Positions 8,901-18,997 of a DNA stretch of 64,000 nucleotides are shown here, piece after piece. Within the stretch, counting starts at the first letter, position 1; each line of letters starts with the position of its first letter. A model generated the notes under the pieces. The model was not told the DNA's origin, made no database searches, and worked only from the letters and a program-made list of their open reading frames with translations. Source of the stretch: Chthoniobacteraceae bacterium. Its GTDB lineage: Bacteria; Verrucomicrobiota; Verrucomicrobiia; Chthoniobacterales; Chthoniobacteraceae. Made by a program: the position numbers and the translations under genes. The DNA lies in NCBI GenBank assembly GCA_037190965.1, contig JBBCKI010000015.1, forward strand, positions 26,264 through 90,263. Reading direction: 5' to 3'.

Positions 8901-10100
8901 ATCTCCCCTTCGATCCGCGACTTTGGCTCGAAGGAAGCGTCCCTCGAGGTAACTTTCATTTTCATGAGGCAGGAGATCGCACAGATCGAGCAAAAGAGGC
9001 AACAACGGCTCAGGTTCATTGCAGTGGCGCTCTTTCCAGTCTGCCATGTTGGCTGCTCTCCACAATGCGGCGGGAAACTCCGCCTCGGGCTCGAAACGGA
9101 GCAGATATTCAAGACTACAAGCAAAGGCGAGGTTGGAGCTTCTCTCCCCCTCAGCTTGAGCGATAGCGCTCGCAAAGTCGGCTTTATTCTCCAATTTGGT
9201 GCCATCGAGGACCGGGCTGGACCGTGGGTTTTCTTTGAGGAAACCGGCCAGTCTGGCCTTGATCTCTCGGGATGCCGTTACTGCGCGGATGAGGTTCCGC
9301 GAAGATTTCAGAGCTTCCCTAAAGCCTTCTCCTGGATCCACGGATTTTTCCGTCTCGATCAATTGCAATATCAGCTCCTCTCTCGTTTCGGCGCGGGAAT
9401 CCGGCAGAAGGGTTCCAACGGACTCCGCGAGTTGCATGAGCAAAGCGTCACGGGATTCAGGTTGCCTTCCCATTACCTTTTGGATCTCTGATCGGACCTC
9501 CGCCATTTGCCCTTCGAGAGCGAGAAGCTTGACGAGAAGCGTAAATACGTGAGGGCTCGCCTCAGTATCAAGAGGAAGTATATTACGCAGGACCTTGATT
9601 GCCTCCATTCCTGATCTCGATTCGAGGAGAACCGCGAGATCATAACCAGCCCAGGACCGTCTATAATCCGAGAGTTGTTTGTCTTCGCTCAATCGCTTAA
9701 GGATGCGCTCGGCTTCCGGGGGCTCAGAATCGGTAATCAACTGAGCCAAAAGGTACTCTCCCCATGCGAAGTACTCGGCAGAAACATTCTCACGATACGT
9801 CGCCAGAAGATGGCGAATCTCAGAAATGCTCTCCTTGCCATCATTTTCGCCCCGTTTCATCCAGGCAAGCTTGGTTCCCGCCAAAAACAGAGTCGTTTTA
9901 TCAAACGGGAAATACTGAATGGTTTTCAGCAGGGCCTCCCGGCGGAGAATGGGATCTCCCTTGCCCGGAAAGCGCTTATCGACGAGTTCCAACTGCCCCT
10001 CTCCCGTGGCCAACATAGGAAAGTCATCCAACGTCAAGGGGCTTTCAGACAAAACTGCCAGTGGGAGCGGAGAGCCCCAGGGAACGATCGAGCCATGCAT
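5952..10100 (-). CDS. Large helical/TPR-rich protein; probably the C-terminal part of a frameshifted gene shared with 10045-12033
   Basis: 1382-aa open frame with TPR-like repeats (e.g. YWYKGAALYHLGRHEEAAEPL). No signal peptide; overlaps the upstream ORF by 56 bp. Confidence 0.75.
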   Translation of the reverse strand: MHGSIVPWGSPLPLAVLSESPLTLDDFPMLATGEGQLELVDKRFPGKGDPILRREALLKTIQYFPFDKTTLFLAGTKLAWMKRGENDGKESISEIRHLLATYRENVSAEYFAWGEYLLAQLITDSEPPEAERILKRLSEDKQLSDYRRSWAGYDLAVLLESRSGMEAIKVLRNILPLDTEASPHVFTLLVKLLALEGQMAEVRSEIQKVMGRQPESRDALLMQLAESVGTLLPDSRAETREELILQLIETEKSVDPGEGFREALKSSRNLIRAVTASREIKARLAGFLKENPRSSPVLDGTKLENKADFASAIAQAEGERSSNLAFACSLEYLLRFEPEAEFPAALWRAANMADWKERHCNEPEPLLPLLLDLCDLLPHENESYLEGRFLRAKVADRRGDIEGAKKLHENILEEPSLPAAFRVTALRRLAGNFEALHLYAKALEIYRKIETQLVYISVKDDLLRAALLNLELGNRSESLRILSLLRSENIANIREAKTAWQIEQMIALTGDETSAEKYWSGSEKWWADWLKLEQKLGLAPLGDEKVIPIFANLSGFCQEMESALSRKDSVELFTKLRFLAHGARWQSSLLPVLTRFLAYQGPTLAGDAANEMRQLTLAIYENFESDDLKIAPEIQMHATIGCIDSNLNDRALELIHAYHRKAKPEDRCSEVMSRLWAMMARRVKSEMPPAIAALEAMLKHPKKLEYRALSVTFLADLYRESGRAADEEELLKQELDHPEIKAAAADLKTLTERYSQLTDAVIDSKRRVKAVERWLAKNKPAWFDFAEPKSLGDPRLSNLDQVFETGGNFADPEIIKLTLLVACDPEQPFGRWDVAFVEALKRLSSYAHTKEEARSLIEPEIDNQDLPEQTRIGLLWIALMNASKEEDAVHFDKLRKHPLNAKFSENGRAIADFRREALAVDRSSGKAINSFCINLLEGELTPLKHEELKRCFLRLLEMDQIDLADQVYKKLTEVSATMPNDSSLISLQMGCLKSLNHFKLWRPAVNAMRDIVLHHFPESQTAEPEFYGTLSDPLRLGFLSEAAATKARLYQIATRQVDLTNIEFWKEFIRDWDPTEARSRLTLDLASAALQRLPGDAEKAMIIMSFCFLMDLDDPKVNEAMVSLVKPFRDAEQFPASSQMIRMFEVQSKWRKGEMMELERSLSTLRGPNSDNVANYFRLSFYLQRKDASLIRKAIDAYEASDLLSERLLALSLRAFELAGMSEEFALARRAATKASYHAILKAWATLDPKECQDAYDLPLAMSDASVVPKAWFENVTSRLGGQRVRDSLRVSDAALHEDWNRLLQATTEAIPRFPTLYQLYWYKGAALYHLGRHEEAAEPLGVFAKYSKNELEYPQCMAWLESIAKGQSSKRADGVPALHGH

Positions 10101-12033
10101 GCAAAGAGAGGTGGGAATTGAAGAGAGCCTGGAACTTGTCCGGCGATATAAAAGACTCCTTCACACGTAACTCGAGCCTGGCGATACATTGATGATCAAG
10201 GAATTCCCAGCTGGCTGTAATATCGAACACTTCGGACCGTATCTGAAGAAGACGAGGGAGCTCGATTGGCTGTAAACCCTCGGGAAGGCTGATTCGCGCA
10301 ATGACCTTTACGGTATCAGGCCAGAGGTGGAATGATGTCTGGCGACGCTTGTCGGAACCTAGATCATTGAACAGAAGGCTGGCTTGTGGAAACGAAACGC
10401 GATGCTCCCGTCGGGAGTGATCATTGGCGGACGGAACAATAAAATAAGTTTTCAACTGATGCCTGCCATCCCAATTCTCAAGAGAACTTTTAGTGACGTC
10501 GATGATCTCTGCACCTTTGAAGAATGCCTGTATCAAATCGTTCGCCCTTGATCGGAGCCCATCGTTGTCAAGACGAGCGAAGACATGAGCGTTGACGGCA
10601 CCGTAGTATCCGCCGCTGTTCTTGGTCATCCACCCTGAAAGTTCGCCGCTGGATGAAAGCTTCATGTCGAACTCGTAAGAAAACTCCCCTGCGCTTTGCG
10701 CGGGGGTTCGAACCCATTCCGCTCCTTTGCTGCCAATAAGCAAGCCATCACGATCAGCATCTCCCGGAGAGATCAGCCCAGCTTTGGCATAGGCGATCGT
10801 TGGATCGCAAAAAATGGGGCGGCCGGGTTCGAGATACACGGCAAGAATGGCGTGATCGAACTGACGATAATCGGGACTCCTCCGTTCGATTCGCCCCACG
10901 TTCTCCGTGTTCAACAGGACGAGGGAAGCGTCGATTCCTTTATGCCGCAACATCGCACGAAGCAGGGTCGCTTTATCCTTGCAATCGCCGTACTGATTCG
11001 CCCAGACCGCACTGCAATCATAAGGTTGTATATCGGCCGTTCCGAATGCGAGACTGAGATAACGGACCTCCCTCGCTACCTTGGTGGTGAGGATATCCAA
11101 CACCTCGGCCCGGTTCTTTGCATCCTTTGTCCATTCATCGACCTCTCGGGCAAGAGTCTCTGAAATCATGGACCGCTCTTCCACGAGCGGATAATACCAT
11201 TTCACAAAGGCATCCCAGTCGGGAAGAGTCGTCAGGTAGAGCACTGGGCCAACCTGATCTGTGGGCGGGGAAGAAATTTCATTGGGACGCGCTGGGATGT
11301 CTTTTCCACTCCAGATCAATCGAACGCGATCTCCGGCCAGATTTTTCTTCTGCGGCTCTGGGATATTCCCGCCCACTGGGGTGATCTTGAGGCGATCAGC
11401 CATCGGAGCGGGCATCTCGATCACGTACCGAAGAGTTTGGATGGGCCACCCCCAGGCAAACCACTTCCCCGCAGTGAACTCCCCGGGAATCCGGAATTCG
11501 CTCTCACTGATAACGACGATCGATTCCGTTATGGAGCCCGGTTTGACGTTGGGAAAAACCAACCGAAGCTCACCGGATCCGCTGTAGACTGAGTTATCAG
11601 CTTGACGCTGAGGACTTTGAAGAATGGAGGCGTTTGGAGCAACCGGTAATCTTTTCCCGTCAGGAAGAATTGTCTGAGCTTGAACCAGGCAGATCTTCTG
11701 ATTCGCTTTGCGGTATCCCCACGTATCCTCCGCGATTGCCTTGGCACCGGCGTCAGTCAAAGCTTTGCTGACATAATGATGGACCGTATAGCGATTTCCC
11801 TTCGCATCAAAAAATTGAACTTCTTCGTTCAGAAGAACGATGCAGTCGGAAGCCGAGCCCACCGTCACCTGTGAAGGCGATTTCAAAACCTCGTCAACAG
11901 GGGTAAGCAGCGGCAAGACGGCTTCCGTGAAAATCGACGGTGCCTGCCGCGAAACTTCCTCCCCAACAGCCGTGCAAAAAGGAATCGGAATAACGATCGC
12001 AGCAACGATCCTTGTGATACGCCACAGTAACAT
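10045..12033 (-). CDS. Secreted DUF3857 + transglutaminase-like domain protein
   Basis: Signal-like N-terminus; DUF3857-type motif LVFPNVKPGS; Cys-His-Asp triad YGDCKDKATLL / QFDHAIL / FCDPT. Confidence 0.88.
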   Translation of the reverse strand: MLLWRITRIVAAIVIPIPFCTAVGEEVSRQAPSIFTEAVLPLLTPVDEVLKSPSQVTVGSASDCIVLLNEEVQFFDAKGNRYTVHHYVSKALTDAGAKAIAEDTWGYRKANQKICLVQAQTILPDGKRLPVAPNASILQSPQRQADNSVYSGSGELRLVFPNVKPGSITESIVVISESEFRIPGEFTAGKWFAWGWPIQTLRYVIEMPAPMADRLKITPVGGNIPEPQKKNLAGDRVRLIWSGKDIPARPNEISSPPTDQVGPVLYLTTLPDWDAFVKWYYPLVEERSMISETLAREVDEWTKDAKNRAEVLDILTTKVAREVRYLSLAFGTADIQPYDCSAVWANQYGDCKDKATLLRAMLRHKGIDASLVLLNTENVGRIERRSPDYRQFDHAILAVYLEPGRPIFCDPTIAYAKAGLISPGDADRDGLLIGSKGAEWVRTPAQSAGEFSYEFDMKLSSSGELSGWMTKNSGGYYGAVNAHVFARLDNDGLRSRANDLIQAFFKGAEIIDVTKSSLENWDGRHQLKTYFIVPSANDHSRREHRVSFPQASLLFNDLGSDKRRQTSFHLWPDTVKVIARISLPEGLQPIELPRLLQIRSEVFDITASWEFLDHQCIARLELRVKESFISPDKFQALFNSHLSLHAWLDRSLGLSAPTGSFV

Positions 12034-12184
12034 ACACCCGTTCTGCCGATTCCTGGTGAAATCCGCAAGGAGTAAGACAGATGCAACAGCGCTACAACCG
12101 TTCCTTTAACAGAGCTTGAAGTATGACTCAGTCGTCATGAGGCGGGGCTTTCTTTCTTCACGAAAAGTTGATTAAATCAATGAT

Positions 12185-12604
12185 ATGATCGCTCAGACAA
12201 AATCGTTCGAGATTGCCACCTCCGGGAAGGGGACTTACGATATCACCTCTCAGGTTGCGGAGATTGTTCGCGCGAGTCAGGTCACAACCGGAATAGTAAC
12301 GGTCTTCATCCAGCATACGAGCGCCAGCCTCATTGTCTTCGAAAACGCGGACCGCTCGGCTCGGGTCGATCTCGAGGCCTACTTCGAACGTCTCGTTCCT
12401 GAAGACAGCGACTACTTCATCCATACTGCCGAAGGAGCTGATGATTCGACTTCGCACATCCGGATGGTCCTCAGCCGCAGCAGCGAGAGCGTCCCCGTGG
12501 CAAATGGGCGGATGCAGCTCGGCACTTGGCAGGGCATCTTTGTCTTCGAACACCGCCGGGCGGCACATCGGCGCAGACTTTCGGTTTCAGTGTTGGGTGT
12601 CTGA
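12185..12604 (+). CDS. yjbQ: YjbQ/UPF0047 family protein (secondary thiamine-phosphate synthase)
   Basis: QHTSASL, HTAEGADDSTSHIR and LGTWQGIFVFEH signatures; 139 aa. Confidence 0.93.
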   Translation: MIAQTKSFEIATSGKGTYDITSQVAEIVRASQVTTGIVTVFIQHTSASLIVFENADRSARVDLEAYFERLVPEDSDYFIHTAEGADDSTSHIRMVLSRSSESVPVANGRMQLGTWQGIFVFEHRRAAHRRRLSVSVLGV

Positions 12605-12772
12605 TTTTTGGTTAGTTCCTTCCATAATCTTGAAAGGGGACAGGATGAACGGATGTGAGAAAGGGGACGGTTGTCATAAAGATCGAACTCAACGAGACTG
12701 AAGAGGACTTTCTTCGGCTCTGACGTTCCGGAACTACATAGCACCCATATTCTGTAGCACGAGGAATGAAAG

Positions 12773-13493
12773 CTAAACCGCCCACCTCCCTTGCCGTATC
12801 GATAAAATGGAGCAATTCAGAATGCCGGTTCCTGGGAAGCCAGGCCGCGCAGTAGCGATACTTGGGCGGGGGATGAATGAAACGCCTGCGGTCGCTGTCT
12901 GACGAAATTGTGCAGGAAGAATAGTGACGCCCAGACCTGCGGCCACATAGTTCAGGACAGTCACCGTCTGCCCGGCCTCTTGAACGGCGCGCGGCTGGAA
13001 ACCGGCCTGATGGCAAAGCACCAACAGCCACGGGTTGTAGAGGGGCGCTCCCTTCCTTTCCGCCAACAGGAAATTCGCATTCGCCAAAGCCGACAGCGGC
13101 AGGCTCTTCACTTTCCGCCGATCCTGCACCGTCAAGGGGTGTCCCTGCGGGAGGACCGCATGAGTTGTTCTTCGGCAACCGTCGCCAACTGCAAATCGGA
13201 GGTCTCCGCCGTCAGGCCGAACCCGATCACGCCGAGGTCGATCGGGCGGGCATTGAGTGCTTCTCGATCAAACGAAGCTCCACCTCGGAAAAGCGTCTGC
13301 GTAGGCCCGCAAAATTCTGGGAAGGAGGTTGTGGCCCAACGAGGCAGGAAACCCAACAGCTCCTGCTCGAGAGCGCGGACCAGGGCACTCAGGGACGGCT
13401 GGGTCAGGTGAAGCCGCTCGGCAGCGCGGCAGCGCGGCGAAAATTCAACTCTTCGGCGACGGCGACAAAGTAACGAAGGTGGCGCAACTCCAT
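12773..13493 (-). pseudogene. Degraded LysR-family regulator, divergent from prpB
   Basis: ATG 13493 gives [22 protein letters not shown]. An 8-bp tandem duplication (13422-13437) shifts the frame away from ERLHLTQPSLS. The linker region is missing (EQEL joined to LGFLP), there is a further frameshift near 13135, and a C-terminal fragment CHQAGFQPR...VAAGLGVTILP remains. Confidence 0.9.
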
Positions 13494-13507
13494 AAAGACG
13501 AATGCGA

Positions 13508-13526
13508 TGATAGGTTTAGCCTATCA
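13508..13526. promoter_or_regulatory. LysR-type recognition site
   Basis: Perfect inverted repeat TGATAGG-TTTAG-CCTATCA containing T-N11-A (ATAG-N7-CTAT), between the LysR pseudogene and prpB. Confidence 0.8.
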
Positions 13527-13581
13527 CAGTGAAAAAATCAAAGTCATTCTCTTCGGGGCATTCGTCGATGAAACTACCGTC

Positions 13582-14481
13582 ATGTCGAATCTCTCACCCG
13601 GCGCACGGTTGCGCGAAGCCCAAGCCACTGCAGCCGAGCGCCCCCTTCAGATTGCGGGAGCCGTCAACGCATTCACCGCCATGCTGGCGGAAAGGGCCGG
13701 GTTTCGAGCCCTCTACCTTTCGGGCGCAGGCGTGGCCAACGCTTCCTTCGGACTTGCCGATCTGGGGATCACCACGCTCAACGATGTTTGCGAAGATATT
13801 CGCCGCATCACGGGCGCGAGTCCCCTCCCCCTTCTTGCGGATGCCGACACGGGCTGGGGTGGCGCGTTGATGATCGCCCGCACCATCAAGGAAATGTCCC
13901 GCGCGGGAGCCGCCGGGTGCCATCTGGAAGACCAGGTACAGGCAAAGCGATGCGGGCATCGGCCCGGCAAGGAACTGGTGAGCACGTCGGAGATGTGCGA
14001 CCGGATCAAGGCCGCCACCGACGCGCGCTTCGATGAGAGCTTCGTCATCATGGCGCGCACCGACTCCCATGCCAACGAAGGACTTGCCGCCGCCATACAG
14101 CGGGCGCAGGCTTACGCCGCCGCCGGCGCGGACATGATCTTTGCGGAGGCGCTGGAAACCCTCGACGAATACCGGGCCTTCACCAGTGCCCTCGGCCCTG
14201 TGCCGGTGCTCGCCAATTGCACCGAATTTGGCAAGACCCCTCTCTTCACCGTTTCCGAACTGGGCGCGGCAGGCGTGCGGCTCGTCCTTTATCCCTTAAG
14301 CGCCTTCCGCGCGATGAGTCAGGCTGCCCTTGCCGTCTACGAAACGATCAGGCGTGAGGGAACCCAAAAGGGCATCCTGCACCAAATGCAAACCCGCGAG
14401 GAACTCTACGACGTCCTCGGCTATCACGCCCACGAAGAGAAACTCAACGCCCTTTTCGCGAAGGATAAGCCAAAGCAGTAA
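13582..14481 (+). CDS. prpB: 2-methylisocitrate lyase
   Basis: [41 protein letters not shown]. Start moved to ATG 13582 ([11 protein letters not shown]). Confidence 0.96.
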   Translation: MSNLSPGARLREAQATAAERPLQIAGAVNAFTAMLAERAGFRALYLSGAGVANASFGLADLGITTLNDVCEDIRRITGASPLPLLADADTGWGGALMIARTIKEMSRAGAAGCHLEDQVQAKRCGHRPGKELVSTSEMCDRIKAATDARFDESFVIMARTDSHANEGLAAAIQRAQAYAAAGADMIFAEALETLDEYRAFTSALGPVPVLANCTEFGKTPLFTVSELGAAGVRLVLYPLSAFRAMSQAALAVYETIRREGTQKGILHQMQTREELYDVLGYHAHEEKLNALFAKDKPKQ

Positions 14482-14487
14482 CCAGCC

Positions 14488-15645
14488 ATGAGTGACACCA
14501 CTACTCCCCTCCCCTTCAAACCGAAAAAGTCGGTCGCTCTCTCCGGCATCCCGGCGGGAAATACCGCGCTCTGCTCCGTCGGCCGGAGCGGCAACGATCT
14601 TCACTACCTCGGCTACGATATTCTCGACCTCGCCGCACACTGCGAGTTCGAGGAGATCGCGCATCTTCTGGTGCATGGCAAGCTCCCGAATATTACGGAA
14701 CTTGCCGCCTATAAACAGAAACTCCGCGGGCTTCGGGGGCTCCCGGTCGCGCTCCGGCGGATCCTGGAGTCACTCCCGGCTGCGGCGCACCCGATGGATG
14801 TGCTTCGCACCGGCGTCTCCGCTCTGGGATGCCTCCTTCCGGAGCAGGAAAGCCACGACTCGGCGGGAGCCCGCGAGATTACGGACCGTCTCCTGGCTTC
14901 CCTCAACTCGATGCTTCTCTACTGGTATCATTTCGCATTCAACGGGCGGCGGATCGAGGTCGAGACCGACGATGATTCCATCGGCGGCCACTTTCTGCGC
15001 CTGCTGCACGGCACGCCGCCTCCCCCTTCCTGGGTCGCGGCAATGCACACTTCGCTGATCCTGTACGCAGAACACGAGTTCAACGCCTCCACCTTCACCA
15101 CCCGGGTGATCGCCGGGACCGGCTCGGATATCTATTCTTCGATCACCGGCGGCATCGGCGCTCTGCGCGGCCCGAAACACGGCGGAGCGAACGAGTTCGC
15201 CTTCGAAGTCCAAAAACGCTATGCATCTCCCGATGAGGCGGAAGCGGACATCGTCCGCCGCGTGGCCGCGCGGGAGGTGATCATCGGCTTTGGACATCCG
15301 GTTTATACCATCTCCGATCCCCGCAACGAGGTCATCAAGAGGACCGCCCGCACTCTTTCGGAAGAAGCGAGCGACCTGCGGATGTACGCCATTGCAGAGA
15401 GGATCGAAAGCGTCATGGCGCGGGAGAAGAAGATGTTCCCGAACCTCGACTGGTTCAGCGCCGTTTCGTACCACCAGATGCGCGTGCCGACCTCCATGTT
15501 CACGCCGCTCTTCGTCATCGCGCGCACCTCCGGCTGGGGTGCCCATATTATCGAACAACGGATCGACAACAAGATCATCCGCCCTAGCGCGAACTACACA
15601 GGGCCGGAAAACCGTCCCTTCATCCCGCTGCGCGACCGCCCCTGA
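14488..15645 (+). CDS. prpC: 2-methylcitrate synthase
   Basis: [43 protein letters not shown]; lies between prpB and prpD. Confidence 0.96.
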   Translation: MSDTTTPLPFKPKKSVALSGIPAGNTALCSVGRSGNDLHYLGYDILDLAAHCEFEEIAHLLVHGKLPNITELAAYKQKLRGLRGLPVALRRILESLPAAAHPMDVLRTGVSALGCLLPEQESHDSAGAREITDRLLASLNSMLLYWYHFAFNGRRIEVETDDDSIGGHFLRLLHGTPPPPSWVAAMHTSLILYAEHEFNASTFTTRVIAGTGSDIYSSITGGIGALRGPKHGGANEFAFEVQKRYASPDEAEADIVRRVAAREVIIGFGHPVYTISDPRNEVIKRTARTLSEEASDLRMYAIAERIESVMAREKKMFPNLDWFSAVSYHQMRVPTSMFTPLFVIARTSGWGAHIIEQRIDNKIIRPSANYTGPENRPFIPLRDRP

Positions 15646-15681
15646 AAATCGCCAAAGATCGCCTACAGAACCCCACTCCTC

Positions 15682-17139
15682 ATGTCACATCACGATCTCA
15701 CCAACGCCGCCCGGCCCGAGCCGGACGCCCTCCTTCAGGCGATTGCCGACTACGTCCTGGCCCCGGAGAAAGTCACCAGCGCGGAGGCAATCGACACCGC
15801 CCGTCTCTGCCTCATGGACACGCTGGGCTGCGGGTTGCTCGCGCTCAACTACCCGGCCTGCACGAAGTTGCTCGGACCAGTGGTTCCCGGTGCGGTGCTG
15901 CCGTTGCGCGGCGCGCGCGTCCCCGGCACCTCGTATGAACTCGAGCCGGTGCAGGCCGCCTTCAACATCGGCGCGATGGTCCGCTGGCTCGACTTCAATG
16001 ATACCTGGCTCGCGGCGGAATGGGGTCACCCCTCCGACAATCTGGGCGGCATCCTCGCCGTGGCAGACTATTTGTCCCGACAGGCCGTGGCTCAAGGCGA
16101 GCCTTCATTGACCCTCCACGACGTGCTCATCGCCATGATCCAGGCGCACGAGATCCAGGGTGTTCTGGCGCTGGAGAATGGATTCAACCGGGTCGGGCTC
16201 GACCACGTGCTACTGGTCCGCATCGCCTCCACGGCCGTTGTCACGCGCCTCCTTGGCGGCAATCGCGAAGACATCATCAACGCGCTCTCCAATGCCTTCA
16301 TCGACGGCGGCGCTCTCCGCACCTACCGCCACGCGCCGAACACCGGTTCCCGCAAAAGCTGGGCGGCGGGCGACGCGACGAGCCGTGCCGTCAGGCACGC
16401 CCTGTTTGCGCTCAAAGGAGAGATGGGTTACCCCAGCGCATTGACCGCGAAGGGGTGGGGCTTTCAGGATGTCCTCTTCAAGGGGCAACCCGTCAGGCTT
16501 CCTGCGCAGGGCTTCGGAAGTTATGTGATGGAGAACGTTCTCTTCAAGATCTCCTTCCCGGCGGAGTTCCACGCGCAAACGGCGGTCGAAGCCGCCATCA
16601 CCCTCCACCCGCAGGTGGCGGAACGACTGGATGAAATCGATAAAATCGTCATCGAAACCCAGGAGAGCGGTAAACGGATCATCGACAAAACCGGCCCGCT
16701 CGACAACCCGGCGGATCGCGATCATTGCATTCAATACATGGTCGCCATCCCGTTCCTCAAAGGCTCGCTCACGGCGGAGGATTACGAAGACAGCGTTGCC
16801 TCCGACGAAAGGATCGACGCCCTCCGCGCGAAAATGGAGGTGGTGGAAAATGCCGCCTTCACCCGAGACTATCTCGACCCCTCGAAGCGCTCCATCGGCA
16901 ATGCCGTCCAAGTCTTCTTCCGCGATGGAAGCAGCACGGAACGTATCGCCGTGGAATACCCGATCGGCCACAGGAGACGACGGGCGGAAGGGATTCCCGT
17001 GCTTCTCGAAAAATTCGAAAAGGCGTTGCGTGGACGAATTCCGGCCCGGCAAGCCGACGCGATCCTGGCGTTGAGCGCCGATCCTGCAAAGCTGGCTACA
17101 GCACCCGTCGATCGGTGGATGAGTCTTTTCGTGGTTTAA
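15682..17139 (+). CDS. prpD: 2-methylcitrate dehydratase
   Basis: [60 protein letters not shown]. Confidence 0.97.
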   Translation: MSHHDLTNAARPEPDALLQAIADYVLAPEKVTSAEAIDTARLCLMDTLGCGLLALNYPACTKLLGPVVPGAVLPLRGARVPGTSYELEPVQAAFNIGAMVRWLDFNDTWLAAEWGHPSDNLGGILAVADYLSRQAVAQGEPSLTLHDVLIAMIQAHEIQGVLALENGFNRVGLDHVLLVRIASTAVVTRLLGGNREDIINALSNAFIDGGALRTYRHAPNTGSRKSWAAGDATSRAVRHALFALKGEMGYPSALTAKGWGFQDVLFKGQPVRLPAQGFGSYVMENVLFKISFPAEFHAQTAVEAAITLHPQVAERLDEIDKIVIETQESGKRIIDKTGPLDNPADRDHCIQYMVAIPFLKGSLTAEDYEDSVASDERIDALRAKMEVVENAAFTRDYLDPSKRSIGNAVQVFFRDGSSTERIAVEYPIGHRRRRAEGIPVLLEKFEKALRGRIPARQADAILALSADPAKLATAPVDRWMSLFVV

Positions 17140-17321
17140 GAATGGTGCGGCAGCACCGATGGCACGCTCGCGCCGTCGAGCGCGGTATCGGCCCTCGTCG
17201 CTTCATGAGGGCTGCATCCCAATACGAGCAGCCCATCCTGCGGGATGTACGTCAAACGTGGCTCTTCATCGATGCCCGCGTTCGACGGCGCGAACGGACT
17301 ATCTTGCCGCTCTTCCCGTCA

Positions 17322-17687
17322 CTACCGCACAACCCCTCTTCGGCGAAGCCGCTGGCGGACCCTTAGCGCAAACCAGAGACCAGCCCCGCCTCCCAACCAC
17401 GCGGCAGCCATCGGCTCCGGAGTCGCAGCAAGGGTCACACTGGAAGAAACAGCAGGCGGGACGATGTCCAACGGGAGTATTGGCAACACCATCCCGGGTG
17501 CCGCTCCCTTGGCTGCGTAGAAGAGGAGCGTGCTCCCGGCTAAAGATTTCACAGGCTCCGCCGTTTCAACCCAGTCGCGAGGGTCGATCGGCATCTCTGC
17601 GAGCGCAGAGCCTGCCTCCACAAAAAAGGAGGCGGAGATGCAAAATAAAAACAAGGAAAGCCGGACAAAGGTTCGCTGTAAAATCAC
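17322..17687 (-). CDS. Small PEP-CTERM protein
   Basis: Signal peptide (…GSALA) and C-terminal TPEP + hydrophobic helix + RVRQRLRRR. Confidence 0.7.
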   Translation of the reverse strand: MILQRTFVRLSLFLFCISASFFVEAGSALAEMPIDPRDWVETAEPVKSLAGSTLLFYAAKGAAPGMVLPILPLDIVPPAVSSSVTLAATPEPMAAAWLGGGAGLWFALRVRQRLRRRGVVR

Positions 17688-17821
17688 TTAAATCAGTTTT
17701 GCAACGGGGAGAGAGACCTGCGCACGTCCTTCTTTACGAAACGGGCAGGAAATTTGACAGATCAGGCACCGGGGCACAAACGCGGCTTTGCGTGCGCCGG
17801 GGGAAAGCTTAAGAATGCGGC

Positions 17822-18997
17822 ATGAGTGCGGCAGCATCCCCCGCGCCGGAGCTGAATCCGGCCCGCGACAGAACCGACGGAGACGCGATCTCCGCCGGTC
17901 TGTCGGACCGGGCCCTGATACCGGACTTAAAGAAAACCGACAACAGTTGCCCTCGTTGGCGGAAGCGCCTTTTCTGGAAGTTGCAAACTGCCGGTTGGGG
18001 ATGCGCGTCGCTGATGGCGATGTTCTTTTCCATCCTCGAGTATTTCCCCGTGTATGAGACGGTACTCCTGGGCACCTTCCGCATCGGGTTCGGTTTTGCG
18101 GTAACCTGCGGGTTGCGATACCCCTACCGGCGCATGCAGCCAAGGCCGGGAAATCTCTGGAGGCCGGCAATTATCGTCTTCATGATCTCCGGCGCTGCGG
18201 GGCTTGCCGATGGAATCGGGACCGCGATTCTCGCGCAGGCAATCGGAATGAATCTGGCGGATCCGTCGCTCGGCCAGTTCCTGGTCACCAGCGTTTTCAT
18301 GCGATGGATGCTCTTCTGGCTTTGGAGCCTCCTCTATTTTGGAATCAGATACTGGCTCGACACCGAGCAGGCTCGGCTGCGGTTGGCGCAGGCGGAGGCA
18401 GCCGCCCGTTCCAGCGAATTGCAACTGCTGCGGGCCCAGGTCAACCCACATTTTCTTTTCAACGCGTTGAACTCCATTCTTGCCGAGTCGGATAACCCGC
18501 CCTCCGTGCGCGCGCTCACGCTGGCTCTTTCCGAATATTTGCGCTTCTCCCTTCAGCAACCGGGCGATCTCCAGCCTCTTGGGGTCGAGCTTGACGCCAT
18601 GGAGAACTACCTACGGGTGGAGAAAGTCCGCTTTGAGGAAAAGCTGGAATACCGCATCGACGCCGATGCAACGGCCCGGCAGATTTTCTCTCCCGTCGCG
18701 CTGGTTCAGCCATTGGTCGACAATGCCATCAAATATGGCCAACGCTCCTCCATTCGCCCGCTGACGGTTACTGTTTCCGCAGTCGTGCATGGCCAGTTTC
18801 TTTCCATCGCCGTGATCAATTCCGGTGATTGGATCATCCCCGGTACGGTCCCCTCCACCGGCACCGGGCTGGCCAATCTGCAACGCCGGTTGCAGCTTCT
18901 CTACGAAGATGAAGCATCCCTCACCACAGAGAAAAATCCGGGTCAGGTGCGCGTATCGGTGCGCCTCCCGCTTCGGAAAGAGGTTGAAACACGATGA
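17822..18997 (+). CDS. LytS/YehU-family sensor histidine kinase
   Basis: Several N-terminal TM helices; LRAQVNPHFLFNALNSI; QPLVDNAIKYG; TGTGLANLQRRL. Exact start uncertain. Confidence 0.92.
   Translation: MSAAASPAPELNPARDRTDGDAISAGLSDRALIPDLKKTDNSCPRWRKRLFWKLQTAGWGCASLMAMFFSILEYFPVYETVLLGTFRIGFGFAVTCGLRYPYRRMQPRPGNLWRPAIIVFMISGAAGLADGIGTAILAQAIGMNLADPSLGQFLVTSVFMRWMLFWLWSLLYFGIRYWLDTEQARLRLAQAEAAARSSELQLLRAQVNPHFLFNALNSILAESDNPPSVRALTLALSEYLRFSLQQPGDLQPLGVELDAMENYLRVEKVRFEEKLEYRIDADATARQIFSPVALVQPLVDNAIKYGQRSSIRPLTVTVSAVVHGQFLSIAVINSGDWIIPGTVPSTGTGLANLQRRLQLLYEDEASLTTEKNPGQVRVSVRLPLRKEVETR

Noticed and set aside
13507..13581. Extended prpB N-terminus in the ORF track
   Set aside because: Overlaps the LysR box; PrpB similarity begins at ATG 13582.
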